Shown: positions 29,236 through 39,386, counted from the first letter of the stretch. The stretch is DNA of 64,000 nt from Sedimentisphaerales bacterium (GCA_049510335.1 JBEKZA010000005.1:10763-74762), one strand, 5' to 3'. Made by a program: numbers and translations. Notes: generated from the letters alone by a model not told the origin.

Positions 29236-31212
29236 ATGAACAGAGCACGCATAATCACAATTACGGCGGTTTTTGGGACGGCCATCGCATTTTTACTCTC
29301 GGAATGCAACGCACAGAACAACCAGGGGCCGGCGGCGCAACCCGCAATGGTTGAAATTGACGCGAACAAAACCAAGGAGCCAATATCGAAATACATATAC
29401 GGGCAATTCATAGAGCATCTTGGGCGGTGCATTTACGGCGGGATATGGGCGGAGATGCTGGAGGACCGCAAGTTTTACTATCCCGTAACCGACGACTTCA
29501 ATCCCTGGGCGACGAACAAGGATGCACAGTGGAACGCCGGGCCGTATAAATATCTTAAGGCCTCGCCGTGGAAAGTCATCGGCCCACCGGGGACGGTGAC
29601 GATGGACACCAATAATCCGTATGTCGGGAAACATACGCCTGCGATTCATCTGGCCGGCGACGGGAACGAGGCGGGTATTTCGCAGGATGGCCTGGGGGTC
29701 ATGAAGGGCAGGGGATATACGGGCAGGATAATTCTGGCCGGGGACAAAGAAGCGGCGCCTGTTATTGTGCGAATTGTGCCGGACAAGGGCGACGCAATCA
29801 ATATCGACGTCGGCGGGATAGGGCCGGAATTCAAGCCGTATCTGCTGTCTTTCACGGTGCCTGAATCGAGCGACAACGTCAGGATTGAAATCGTCGGCAG
29901 GGGCAAAGGAACATTCAGGATAGGGACGCTGTCTTTGATGCCTGCGGACAACATTGAGGGCTGGCGCAGCGACGTTGTAGCGTTATTGAAGGAGCTTAAT
30001 GCGCCCGTGTATCGCTGGCCGGGAGGCAATTTTGTCAGCGGTTATAACTGGCGCGACGGCATCGGCGAGCGGGACAAAAGACCGCCGCGGAAAAACCCGG
30101 CGTGGAAAGGCGTGGAGCACGATGACGTCGGCATACATGAATATATGGAACTGATGGAGTTGATAGGTGCAGAGCCGTTTGTCTCGGTCAATACGGGTCG
30201 CGGGACCGTGGAGGAAGTGGCACAAGAGGTTGAGTATTGCAACGGTGCAGCGAATACCCAGATGGGAAAGCTTCGTGCGCAAAACGGTCATCCGGAGCCG
30301 TATCAGGTGAAGTGGTGGGCGGTCGGCAACGAGATGTATGGCGATTGGCAGCTTGGTCATATCCCGTTGTCGGAATACGTGAAGAAGCATAACAGGGTGG
30401 CCGAGGCGATTTGGAAAATAGACCCGAACGCGAAACTCGTCGGTGTCGGAAACGTCGGCCAGTGGAGCCAGACAATGCTCAGGGAATGTTCCGATTATAT
30501 GAATCTTATCAGCGAGCATATTTACTGCAAAGACGATAATGACGTCGTAAAGCACACGAAGCTGTTGGCTGGCGAGATAAGACGCGTGGCAAATGCGCAC
30601 AGACAATACCGCAGGGACATCAACGAATTGTCGGGCAAAGACATTCGCATCGCGATGGACGAGTGGAACTACTGGTACGGCAATTACATCTATGGCGAAC
30701 TGGGAGTCCAGTATCATCTCAAGGATGCGCTCGGTGTCGCGACGGGTTTGCACGAGTATTTCAGAAACAGCGACCTGTATTTTATGGCCAATTACGCCCA
30801 GACGGTCAACGTGATAGGTGCTATCAAAACGTCGAGGACGGCGGCGGCCTTCGATACGACGGGAGTTGCGCTGAAACTTTACAGGCAGCACTTCGGCACG
30901 ATTCCGGTCGTGGTTACCGGCGACGTCTCGCCAATGGATGTGGCGGCGGCGTGGACGAGCGACCACAGGGTGATGACCGTAGGCATCGTCAACCCGACGG
31001 GTAAAGAGCGTGAGCTGCTAATGGAGTTGAAGGGCGTTAAAGTTGCGGATAAGGCGACACAGTGGGTTATAGCTGGTACGGACCCGCTTGTATGCAATGA
31101 GCCGGGCAAAGAGCCGCAGGTTGTAATCAGCGAAAAATCTGTCGATGGATTATCCAATGAATTGACCGTGCCGGCGCTTAGCGTCAGCATTTTTGAATTT
31201 GCAATAGAATGA
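29236..31212 (+). CDS. Secreted alpha-L-arabinofuranosidase, GH51
   Basis: AAAGGAGG RBS and a signal peptide. YGQFIEHLGRCIYGGIW, WAVGNEMYG (acid/base Glu), IAMDEWN (nucleophile Glu). Confidence 0.9.
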   Translation: MNRARIITITAVFGTAIAFLLSECNAQNNQGPAAQPAMVEIDANKTKEPISKYIYGQFIEHLGRCIYGGIWAEMLEDRKFYYPVTDDFNPWATNKDAQWNAGPYKYLKASPWKVIGPPGTVTMDTNNPYVGKHTPAIHLAGDGNEAGISQDGLGVMKGRGYTGRIILAGDKEAAPVIVRIVPDKGDAINIDVGGIGPEFKPYLLSFTVPESSDNVRIEIVGRGKGTFRIGTLSLMPADNIEGWRSDVVALLKELNAPVYRWPGGNFVSGYNWRDGIGERDKRPPRKNPAWKGVEHDDVGIHEYMELMELIGAEPFVSVNTGRGTVEEVAQEVEYCNGAANTQMGKLRAQNGHPEPYQVKWWAVGNEMYGDWQLGHIPLSEYVKKHNRVAEAIWKIDPNAKLVGVGNVGQWSQTMLRECSDYMNLISEHIYCKDDNDVVKHTKLLAGEIRRVANAHRQYRRDINELSGKDIRIAMDEWNYWYGNYIYGELGVQYHLKDALGVATGLHEYFRNSDLYFMANYAQTVNVIGAIKTSRTAAAFDTTGVALKLYRQHFGTIPVVVTGDVSPMDVAAAWTSDHRVMTVGIVNPTGKERELLMELKGVKVADKATQWVIAGTDPLVCNEPGKEPQVVISEKSVDGLSNELTVPALSVSIFEFAIE

Positions 31213-31294
31213 GCACATAGTAAAAAGGTGAAAAACAAAAGACATAAAACATAATTGCAGATTTAGGATTCTAAAAACGTTGCAGGGAGGTGTC

Positions 31295-33445
31295 ATGGAC
31301 AAGGTACGCATAATCGCACTTAGTGGGATGTTAATCGCCAATATTATTGCGGCGGGTTTGCAGGCGGCGGTTCCGGATGCCAAGCCGTCTTTGGTGGGTA
31401 ATGAGGATTTACGAAAAATTCTTTTCGTTGCGGTTCATCCCCATAACAACTTCGAGAAACATCGCGCAAAGTGGGGGCAAGTTTTCTCTGCCTATCATAT
31501 TCAATGGCTTGATCGCAGCACAGCGTTTAATGACACGGGCTTTGAAGACCGTTTGGATATTGCCACCATTGAAACAGCACACAAGCATGGTATCTTCACC
31601 GCATCGTATTTTACCCAAAACCCTGTCGAGATTACCCCAGAGTGGGGGTTCAAGGTCAAATATTATAAACATCTACCGTCAGCCAACCGCTGGTGCAACC
31701 CGACCGGTGTTCCATTCGACGACCCTTATGAAGCAGCGGGTAGTCGAGATTTGCATGGAGGTCAGGTCTATGCCGAAGGAACCGCACGTATGGCAATGAG
31801 CATCTTCAGCCCCTATTGGCTCGATTACCAGAAGGCTTCCATCGCATATGTCCTAAGTCATGGGGTTGATGCTATTGACATTGACTCGGCTGGGCAGGTC
31901 GGCGGCTTTTATGGGATGCGAGGTGATTTCAGTGATTGGGCGGTTAAGGCATTTAGAGACCATTTGCGTAATCAGGTCGCTTGTGGACGCCTTCATCTTC
32001 CAGATACCTTACAGATCGATACTTTTGATATAAAGGCGGAGTTTCAAAAGCTGTTGACTACGGCGAAAAATCCTGACCAGCTTTTGAATAAGCCGCTGAT
32101 TAAGGAATGGGTGATATTTAATTATTCCACATTACAGGATTTCCATCGGTCGCTGAACGCCTATGCCAAGGAGTACGGGCTTAAAACGGGTAAATCATAT
32201 GTGCCATATTACGGCAACCTGTGTCTTGGTGACCAACTATACCCATTGGCAATAGCTAACCCATCGGTAATTCTAGGTCCGTGCATGGATGTGATTCAAG
32301 TGGAAAATGCGCCTGCGGTTCCACCGCTGCGATTAACCACTTTACACAAACTTGGCATGGCGATGGGTGACTACCAAAAACCTGTTTGGAGCTTACATTC
32401 ACCATATTCCAGTGATTCTTACGAATCCAAATTTGCCCTGCATCCAGATCATCCGTATGAAGCTTTGCTCCAGATTTATATTGCTGAATGTTATGCTGCA
32501 GGAGTGATACCCGAAATTGACTTAGGAGGTTGGTCTGTGGAGCGGCAGACTCTTTTTATCAAACCTGACTGCACACCCTTAATTGGTTTGATTCCGTACT
32601 TTGACTTTGTATTTAACCATCAGGATTTGTTTCTTGATGTCGAGCCGTATAACAAGGTGGCGCTGGTTTACTCCGTGCCTACGTTCACATGGAATGACCT
32701 TCCCCAATTCCAGAAATACCTCGGCCTATATCGCACAACATTTCTCGGCTTAGGCAGGGCGATGGAAGAGCTACACATACCGTATGATGTATTGATTTTT
32801 GGACAGGCAGGTTTATGGGATGATGCCGACAGTTTGAACCGGCTTTCAAAATACCATACTATTGTGCTGCCCTTAATTGATTGTATCAGTGATGAACAGA
32901 CGAAGGCACTGGAAAAATTTGTGGCGAGCGGTGGGAAGCTATTAATTACCGAGGACAGGCAGACAACGGCTTGTCGAAAGGAAGATTATTCATTACGGGA
33001 CCGAGGCGCTCTGGACGATTTACTTAAACAGAAGTCAAAGGTGCGCACGGTAGCAGCAGATGCTGTTAATCGTTACTGCGAGAATTCAATAAACAGTGCG
33101 CGTGAAGATGCATTTGGCCGAGAGATAATAAGAAGGGCAGTTGGCCAGGCGGAACAATTGCAAACGGATGCCTCTCCAAGAATCGGGATAAATGTTTTCA
33201 GACAGAAACATCGGACTATTATTCATTTAGTGAACCATGATTATGTAAAAGATACAGACGCAGTTCCTTCGAGGGGACCATTTTTTGTTAAGATTGTACC
33301 CGCAGAGGGGAGTAATCAAGCCAAAGTCAGATATTTTTCCCCAGAGCTGAATGAACCAATGTTACTCGAATCGCAAAGTTCCGGCTCAACTGTCTCGATT
33401 CAGGTGCCATATTTAAAAGTATGGGCAATTATTGTGATTGAATGA
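31295..33445 (+). CDS. Large secreted protein of unknown function, possibly a glycoside-hydrolase-like barrel plus a GH42M/GATase1-like domain
   Basis: GGGAGG RBS before ATG 31295 and a signal peptide. The segment HTIVLPLIDCISDEQTKALEKFVASGGKLLITED resembles the beta-galactosidase trimerisation-type domain. There are no firm catalytic motifs. Confidence 0.55.
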   Translation: MDKVRIIALSGMLIANIIAAGLQAAVPDAKPSLVGNEDLRKILFVAVHPHNNFEKHRAKWGQVFSAYHIQWLDRSTAFNDTGFEDRLDIATIETAHKHGIFTASYFTQNPVEITPEWGFKVKYYKHLPSANRWCNPTGVPFDDPYEAAGSRDLHGGQVYAEGTARMAMSIFSPYWLDYQKASIAYVLSHGVDAIDIDSAGQVGGFYGMRGDFSDWAVKAFRDHLRNQVACGRLHLPDTLQIDTFDIKAEFQKLLTTAKNPDQLLNKPLIKEWVIFNYSTLQDFHRSLNAYAKEYGLKTGKSYVPYYGNLCLGDQLYPLAIANPSVILGPCMDVIQVENAPAVPPLRLTTLHKLGMAMGDYQKPVWSLHSPYSSDSYESKFALHPDHPYEALLQIYIAECYAAGVIPEIDLGGWSVERQTLFIKPDCTPLIGLIPYFDFVFNHQDLFLDVEPYNKVALVYSVPTFTWNDLPQFQKYLGLYRTTFLGLGRAMEELHIPYDVLIFGQAGLWDDADSLNRLSKYHTIVLPLIDCISDEQTKALEKFVASGGKLLITEDRQTTACRKEDYSLRDRGALDDLLKQKSKVRTVAADAVNRYCENSINSAREDAFGREIIRRAVGQAEQLQTDASPRIGINVFRQKHRTIIHLVNHDYVKDTDAVPSRGPFFVKIVPAEGSNQAKVRYFSPELNEPMLLESQSSGSTVSIQVPYLKVWAIIVIE

Positions 33446-33497
33446 GAAGGGAAAACGGAACGTAAAAGAAAAGGGATTATTGCAAGGAGATTATGTG

Positions 33498-33692
33498 ATG
33501 GAATGCCAGAAAAAGCAGAATCTGAAGAATTGTGTCTGCACGTATGCGGGTTGCGACAAAAAAGGGATGTGCTGCGAATGTATCAGTTATCATTTGTCGA
33601 GCAAGCAACTGCCCGGCTGTTGTTTCCCGCCTGAAGCGGAAAAAACCTACGACCGCAGCTTCAAGGCATTCGCAAAGGCCTGGAAGTTGTAG
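33498..33692 (+). CDS. Small cysteine-rich cytoplasmic protein (DUF6485-like)
   Basis: AAGGAG RBS. MECQKKQNLKNCVCTYAGCDKKGMCCECISYHLSSKQLPGCCF carries 9 Cys in about 45 aa. Confidence 0.55.
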   Translation: MECQKKQNLKNCVCTYAGCDKKGMCCECISYHLSSKQLPGCCFPPEAEKTYDRSFKAFAKAWKL

Positions 33693-33716
33693 TCGACCGC
33701 TTATCGCTCGTATTTT

Positions 33717-33781
33717 ATAAAAAACCCGCGCCTTGATTTTCAAAACGCGGGGTGGATTACAAACCGCATCACTGGATGCGG
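33717..33781 (-). terminator. Two hairpins after the 33782..34399 gene; the distal one is followed by a U-run on the minus strand
   Basis: CCGCATC/GATGCGG (33764-33781) and CCCGCG/CGCGGG (33725-33751), followed on the minus strand by TTTTTTAT. Confidence 0.5.
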
Positions 33782-34399
33782 CTAATCGGAACCGGGTTCG
33801 TAACCAAGCCCTTGGAAGTAGGTATCGATTGCGCCAATTACATCTGCGTCGCTGGACACCAGTGCTGTAGTAATCTTAGAGTTCAGTGTCAATGACACCG
33901 GACCTCCGCCGATGTCCTGATTATCGTTGATACTTCCATAGATTGAGTAGCCGCTCAGGGCAGCAGCGACAGTATACGTGTGGGAGCCAATCTTCGACGA
34001 CTTTGCCTGGCCCGATAACGTAATGCGTGTGTTATACCCGTCATCTAAAGTACCCTCGACAATCCACATATTCTTAGCAATCGTCGTTTGTAGGAAACTA
34101 ATAGTGTACGGGCCGTCTACTGTGTAATTTTTGTACGCTTCGCCGGTGTCTGGGTCTTTTCCCTTCTGAGTGTTAATCGAATAGATATTGACGGAGTCAG
34201 GAGAGTTACTGTCCACCTGAATAACAACGTATTCTGTGTCGCTTGACTTTGGTGATTGGACCCAAGCGCCTTCGCCATCTTTTGTGTCTGCGTTGTATTC
34301 GAACTCCACACCGCTCTGCTTGAGGTTGTAGACAAACACGTTTGCGACTGCCGGAACCGACAGTCCCAGCACCAACAAAACCAATAGTAATCGTTTCAT
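33782..34399 (-). CDS. Secreted protein of unknown function
   Basis: Signal peptide MKRLLLVLLVLGLSVPAVA. Beta-rich, Cys-free mature part. Confidence 0.6.
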   Translation of the reverse strand: MKRLLLVLLVLGLSVPAVANVFVYNLKQSGVEFEYNADTKDGEGAWVQSPKSSDTEYVVIQVDSNSPDSVNIYSINTQKGKDPDTGEAYKNYTVDGPYTISFLQTTIAKNMWIVEGTLDDGYNTRITLSGQAKSSKIGSHTYTVAAALSGYSIYGSINDNQDIGGGPVSLTLNSKITTALVSSDADVIGAIDTYFQGLGYEPGSD

Positions 34400-34505
34400 T
34401 TTTCAATCCTTCCTTTCGCAAGATATTAGACGACGATTTCCCACAGGACTTACGTTTTATAAACACCGCGAACATACCGCATATGTTTCTCTGCCATCCA
34501 TAGTA

Positions 34506-35000
34506 TCAACGGGCTGGTTTGATGAGGAAATCAGCATAGAGCCGTTTGCCCGACGGGCAAAAGCAGGTGATGTGCAGGATGCAGGTATCGGCGGGCGGTT
34601 TCTCCAGCGGCAGCGAGAACAGATAGGCGCGGAGAAAATCCTGCCAGTGATTGTTGTTAATTGCCGGGTCGGTCAGGTCAATATCCGGCCAGATGACAAG
34701 CCGTTTGCCTTTCGGGTCGGCGGAACGCTGGAGTTGCTCGAACAACTCGAAGCGAAAGACGGCCGGGGCCTTTATCTGCGAGTCGAAAGAGTCAAGAAGA
34801 CATACATAGGCGTTAATACTGGGGTTACGGCCGGCATCCGGCGCGTGGACGAGCGATGTGAGAGGAATGATGTCAACTCGCTCCGAGCCGTAGCGGGTGC
34901 AGGGCTGGGGGCCCGCGGGGGTGGTTGAGGCGGACGGCAGGCCGGTGCAGCCGGCGTAAAACACAAGAGGCAACAGAATCAGCAGTATAGCAGTTTTCAT
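34506..35000 (-). CDS. Putative lipoprotein of unknown function
   Basis: Start at the internal Met (MKTAILLILLPLVFYAGC, lipobox-like AGC). Confidence 0.55.
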   Translation of the reverse strand: MKTAILLILLPLVFYAGCTGLPSASTTPAGPQPCTRYGSERVDIIPLTSLVHAPDAGRNPSINAYVCLLDSFDSQIKAPAVFRFELFEQLQRSADPKGKRLVIWPDIDLTDPAINNNHWQDFLRAYLFSLPLEKPPADTCILHITCFCPSGKRLYADFLIKPAR

Positions 35001-35076
35001 GTTGAATATTTCGGCGATGTTTTTGTGTTTAGTTGAATGAAAACGCCGCGCACCGCACAGGTCGCCTGAGCGGAGG

Positions 35077-36318
35077 TCATAAGTCATCATCGAGGATGTG
35101 GCCGAAGCGGTATTTTTTTGTGCGGAGGTAGTCGATATTGTGCGGCGTTGGGGCATTCAGCAGGGGGATTTGCTCGACGATTTTGATGCCATAAACTTCG
35201 AGCCGGTTGATTTTTTTGGGGTTGTTGGTGAGGATTCTGATTTGTTTTAGCCCGAGGTCGCGGAGAATCTGGGCGCCGATGCCGTAATCGCGTTTATCGG
35301 GAGAAAAACCGAGCTTTAGGTTCGCATCGACGGTATCAAGGCCCTGTTCCTGAAGTTTATAGGCGTGAAGCTTGTTTTTGAGGCCGATACCTCTGCCTTC
35401 CTGCCGCAGATACACCAGGGCGCCTTTGCCTGCCTGCTCAATCATCTGCATAGCGGCAACGAGCTGCCGACCACATTCGCATCGTTGGGAGCGAAACAGG
35501 TCGCCGGTCATACATTCGGAGTGGACCCGGACGAGGACGGGTTCCGGATGTTCGACGGGTTTGCCGGATGGGTCGAGGTTGCCGACGCCGCCTTTGCAAA
35601 GCGCAAGGTGCGGTTCGGGTGAAGATACGGATTCGTAGCCGATAAGTTTGAAATCGCCGTAATCGGTGGGCAGGTGGACGACTTCGACTCGCTTGATTTG
35701 GGTTTCGCGCTGAAGACGGTATTCGATTAGTTTGGCGATAGAAGCGATTTTTAGATTATGCTTCCGGCAGAAATCGAGCAGTTGCGGAACGCGGGCCATC
35801 GAGCCGTCGTCGTTCATAATTTCACATATTACCGCGGCGGGTTTGAGGCCGGCCAGTTTCATCAGGTCGATTGCGCCTTCGGTCTGTCCCGCGCGAACAA
35901 GGACTCCGCCTTCGCGTGCTCGCAGCGGAAATATATGACCTGGTCGGGCAAAGTCGGATGGTTTCGCCTTGTCGGCAACCGCGGTTTGAATCGTATGAGC
36001 GCGGTCCGCGGCGCTGATTCCGGTGGAAATGCCCGCGGCAGCGTCAATGGAAACGGTAAAAGCGGTATGGAGGCGGGCGGTGTTGTCGAGGACCTGAGGA
36101 TGAAGCGCCAGTGCGTCGCATTTTTCGCCTGTCAGCGGCAGACATATCAGCCCTCTGCCGAATTTTGCCATAAAGTTGATGGTTTCCGGCGTGACCCTCT
36201 CCGCGGCGCATACGAGGTCGCCCTCGTTTTCGCGGTCTTCATCGTCAACTAAGACGATGATTTTGCCCGCCCGAAGGTCATCTAATACTTCCGGTATTTG
36301 GCTGAAGTCCACTGACAT
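35077..36318 (-). CDS. ribBA: Bifunctional 3,4-dihydroxy-2-butanone-4-phosphate synthase / GTP cyclohydrolase II
   Basis: DDEDRENEGDLV (RibB). The RibA half has VHSECMTGDLF..RCECG and YLRQEGRGIGL. Confidence 0.92.
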   Translation of the reverse strand: MSVDFSQIPEVLDDLRAGKIIVLVDDEDRENEGDLVCAAERVTPETINFMAKFGRGLICLPLTGEKCDALALHPQVLDNTARLHTAFTVSIDAAAGISTGISAADRAHTIQTAVADKAKPSDFARPGHIFPLRAREGGVLVRAGQTEGAIDLMKLAGLKPAAVICEIMNDDGSMARVPQLLDFCRKHNLKIASIAKLIEYRLQRETQIKRVEVVHLPTDYGDFKLIGYESVSSPEPHLALCKGGVGNLDPSGKPVEHPEPVLVRVHSECMTGDLFRSQRCECGRQLVAAMQMIEQAGKGALVYLRQEGRGIGLKNKLHAYKLQEQGLDTVDANLKLGFSPDKRDYGIGAQILRDLGLKQIRILTNNPKKINRLEVYGIKIVEQIPLLNAPTPHNIDYLRTKKYRFGHILDDDL

Positions 36319-36401
36319 AAGATAAGAATTAGCAGGAATAAGGTGTTTGGTCAAGGGTTTGACGATTGAAGGCCAGAGAAGGAAGGAATACAATAAAAGG
36401 T

Positions 36402-37034
36402 ATGGAGACCGCGGTTTTAATTTTTGACGATGTGACGGCCCTGGACGTTGTGGGGCCGACGGAAATATTATCAAAGCTGCCTGGGATGACGGTCAAATAC
36501 GTTGCAGCGCAGCCGGGGGTCAAGAAGTGCGACGGCGGTTTGGGAATCGTTGCAGATTTCTCATTGGAGGATGTCCCTACGCCGGATGTGGTTTTGATAC
36601 CCGGAGGCAAAGGCATAAAAGCGCTGCTTGGCGATACGAAGGTCATCGGCTGGGTGCGCAGCGCTCACGAAAACTCGAAATGGACTGCGTCGGTATGCAC
36701 GGGAGCGATTGTTTTGGGGGCGGCGGGAATTCTCAAGGGTTTACGTGCGACGACTCACTGGCTTGCGCTTGAGCATCTCGGCAAATTCGGCGCGATTGCC
36801 TGCAGTGAGCGTGTGGTAATCGATGGCAAAATAATCAGCTCGGCGGGCGTATCAGCCGGTATTGATATGGCTTTGACGTTGGCCGGGCGTATAGCCGGCC
36901 CGAACGTAGCAAAAGCAATTCAGTTGGCTATTGAATATGACCCAAAGCCGCCATTTGATGCAGGTTCGCCGGACAAGGCCCCGCCTGAAATTGTGGAAAT
37001 GGTCCGACGCAAGGCCGCCGAGAGAAGCAGGTGA
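36402..37034 (+). CDS. DJ-1/PfpI-family protein
   Basis: LIFDDVTALDVVGP, nucleophile elbow SVCTGAIVLG, ISSAGVSAGIDMAL. Confidence 0.85.
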   Translation: METAVLIFDDVTALDVVGPTEILSKLPGMTVKYVAAQPGVKKCDGGLGIVADFSLEDVPTPDVVLIPGGKGIKALLGDTKVIGWVRSAHENSKWTASVCTGAIVLGAAGILKGLRATTHWLALEHLGKFGAIACSERVVIDGKIISSAGVSAGIDMALTLAGRIAGPNVAKAIQLAIEYDPKPPFDAGSPDKAPPEIVEMVRRKAAERSR

Positions 37035-37064
37035 GAACAGAGGCCGGGGGTTTAAACAATTCCA

Positions 37065-39386
37065 TCAAGCAGGTGATTTGGCGGATAAGTAATCGTGGAT
37101 GGATTTCGCGGCTTTTTTGCCGTCGCCCATAGCGAGAATGACGGTTGCGGAGCCGCGGACGATATCGCCGCCCGCGAATACGCCGGGAATACTGGTCATC
37201 AGGTTCTCATCGGTCTCGATGTAATCCCACTTGTTGAGTTTTAAGCCGGGGGTGGTTTTGGTAAGCAGCGGATTCGCACCCGTGCCGATGGCGACGATGA
37301 CCACGTCGCAGTCGATTGTGAATTCCGAGCCGGGGATTGGCACGGGCCGGCGTCTTCCTGAAGAATCGGGCTCGCCTAACTGCATTCTGATACATTTCAA
37401 CCCGCGGACCCAGCCCTTCTCGTCGCCGAGGACTTCGACCGGCGCGGTGAGCATTTCGAACCTGATGTCTTCCTCTTCGGCGTGGTGCACCTCTTCGACG
37501 CGTGCGGGCATTTCGGTCCGGCTGCGGCGATAAACAATGGTGCTTTCGGCTGCACCGAGGCGTTTGCTGGTTCGCACCGCGTCCATCGCGGTGTTGCCGC
37601 CGCCAATGACGCAGACGCGTTTGCCTCGGACAATCGGCGTGTCGGCGTCTGGATTGTAGGCCTCCATAAGGTTCGCTCGGGTTAGGTATTCGTTGGCGGA
37701 GTAAACGCCTTTGAGGTTTTCACCGGGGACGTTCATAAATTCGGGCAGCCCCGCCCCGACGGCAATGAACACGGCGTCGAATTTCTCATCTTTCATAAGT
37801 TGCGAGATTGTTACCGTCCTGCCGACGATGACGTCGGTTTCGATTTTCACGCCGAGGGCTTTGAGGTTCCGGATTTCGGCATCGACTATTTTCTTCGGCA
37901 TACGAAATTCCGGGATGCCGTAAACGAGGACGCCGCCGGCCCTGTGGAAGGCCTCAAAAATCGTCACGTCATAGCCGAGTTTTGCCAATTGGCCCGCGCA
38001 GGTAATGCCCGCGGGTCCTGAGCCGATGCAGGCGACTTTTTTATCTGTCTTTTTGACGGCGAGCGGTTTTGTTTTTGTCTGGTATCGCATCTGGTAGTCG
38101 GCGACAAACCGTTCGAGCCAGCCGATAGCGACGGGGGTATCGCTTTTGCAGCGGATACAGGTCGCCTCGCACTGGATTTCCTGCGGGCAGACCCGGCCTG
38201 TCACGGCAGGCAGGTCGTTGTTTTTGCGGATAAGCTCTGCGGCGGCGAGAAAATCGCCTTGCGAAATCAGCGTGATAAAACCCGGTATGTCGATTCCGAC
38301 GGGACAGCCGGGGACGCATTTGGGATTTTTGCACTGCAGACATCGCTGCGCCTCGCGGATGGCGACCTGCTCAGGCAAACCGAGGTTGACTTCTTTGAAG
38401 TCCTTGTTTCGTTCGCCGCCGGGTCGCTGGGGCATTTTCTGACGCTGTATCGCCAAACGCTCTTTGGTTGTGAGCTTGGCTGGCCGTATATCAGAACCGG
38501 CTTTGCCGGTTGCTGGCGGCGGTTCAGCTTTTTGTCGGTCTATTGCCTGGACGAGTTTGCACTTGTGGTCTTCGTATCTTTTCAGGACTGTATCCTCGTG
38601 GCCTTTATAGGTTCTGAGGCGGTCCATCAACTCGTCGAAATTGACTTTGTGCCCGTCGAATTCGGGGCCGTCAACGCAGGCGAATTTGCGCTTGTTGTCA
38701 ATCGTGACCCGGCATCCGCCGCACATACCCGTGCCATCGACCATAACCGGATTCAAGCTGACGATTGTGGGGATATTGAGCGGGCGGGTCAGTTCGGAGA
38801 CGGCCTTCATCATTATTACGGGGCCCGCGCAGTAAACAGCATCGACCTTGCCATTGGATTGGACGAGTTCTCGCAACGCGTCAGTGACGAGTCCTTTTTT
38901 GCCTGATGAGCCGTCGTCGGTTGTGATAATGAGTGTGTCGCTGACTGAGCCGAGCAGTTGTTCGAGAATAATCAGGTCTTTTGTTCTGGCGCCGATGATT
39001 GAGATTATTTTATTGCCCGCCTGTCGCAGTGCGACTGCCTGCGGATATACCACGGCTGTTCCGAGTCCGCCGCCTATCACGGCCACTGTCCCGTATTTTT
39101 GGATGTGGCTGGGCTGCCCTAACGGGCCTGCCACGTCCGCGAAATGGTCGCCTTTTTTGAGAGCGGACATTTCCAGCGTGCTTTTGCCTACGGTCTGGAC
39201 AATAAGTGTGATGGTGCCTGCCCCGGCATTGACGTCGGCTATTGTCAGCGGTATGCGTTCGGAATGGTCAAGGGCACGAACGATGACGAACTGTCCGCAT
39301 CGCCGCGATTTGGCGATTCGCGGCGCCTTTATCTCATACCGGGTCACATTCGGCCCGATAGTTTCTTTTTCCACGATTTCGAACAT
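37065..39386 (-). CDS. Single-polypeptide NfnA+NfnB-like (SudB+SudA / GltD-like) iron-sulfur flavoprotein oxidoreductase
   Basis: The N-terminal ~280 aa is an FNR-like module with GMCGGCRV...FACVDGPEF (2Fe-2S). The C-terminal ~460 aa is GltD-like: CLQCKNPKCVPGCPV, GSGPAG (FAD), GGGNTAMD (NADPH). Confidence 0.8.
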   Translation of the reverse strand: MFEIVEKETIGPNVTRYEIKAPRIAKSRRCGQFVIVRALDHSERIPLTIADVNAGAGTITLIVQTVGKSTLEMSALKKGDHFADVAGPLGQPSHIQKYGTVAVIGGGLGTAVVYPQAVALRQAGNKIISIIGARTKDLIILEQLLGSVSDTLIITTDDGSSGKKGLVTDALRELVQSNGKVDAVYCAGPVIMMKAVSELTRPLNIPTIVSLNPVMVDGTGMCGGCRVTIDNKRKFACVDGPEFDGHKVNFDELMDRLRTYKGHEDTVLKRYEDHKCKLVQAIDRQKAEPPPATGKAGSDIRPAKLTTKERLAIQRQKMPQRPGGERNKDFKEVNLGLPEQVAIREAQRCLQCKNPKCVPGCPVGIDIPGFITLISQGDFLAAAELIRKNNDLPAVTGRVCPQEIQCEATCIRCKSDTPVAIGWLERFVADYQMRYQTKTKPLAVKKTDKKVACIGSGPAGITCAGQLAKLGYDVTIFEAFHRAGGVLVYGIPEFRMPKKIVDAEIRNLKALGVKIETDVIVGRTVTISQLMKDEKFDAVFIAVGAGLPEFMNVPGENLKGVYSANEYLTRANLMEAYNPDADTPIVRGKRVCVIGGGNTAMDAVRTSKRLGAAESTIVYRRSRTEMPARVEEVHHAEEEDIRFEMLTAPVEVLGDEKGWVRGLKCIRMQLGEPDSSGRRRPVPIPGSEFTIDCDVVIVAIGTGANPLLTKTTPGLKLNKWDYIETDENLMTSIPGVFAGGDIVRGSATVILAMGDGKKAAKSIHDYLSAKSPA

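Noticed and set aside
29983-30966. 327 aa minus-strand ORF inside the GH51 gene, with similar cases at 52394..53137 and 51418..52113
   Set aside because: The opposite strand encodes proteins with unambiguous catalytic motifs (GH51, LarA-like, HAD). The antisense translations are featureless.
36319-36401. Looked for an FMN riboswitch upstream of ribBA
   Set aside because: Only 83 nt separate ribBA from the divergent DJ-1/PfpI gene, and no RFN-element-like conserved core was seen.
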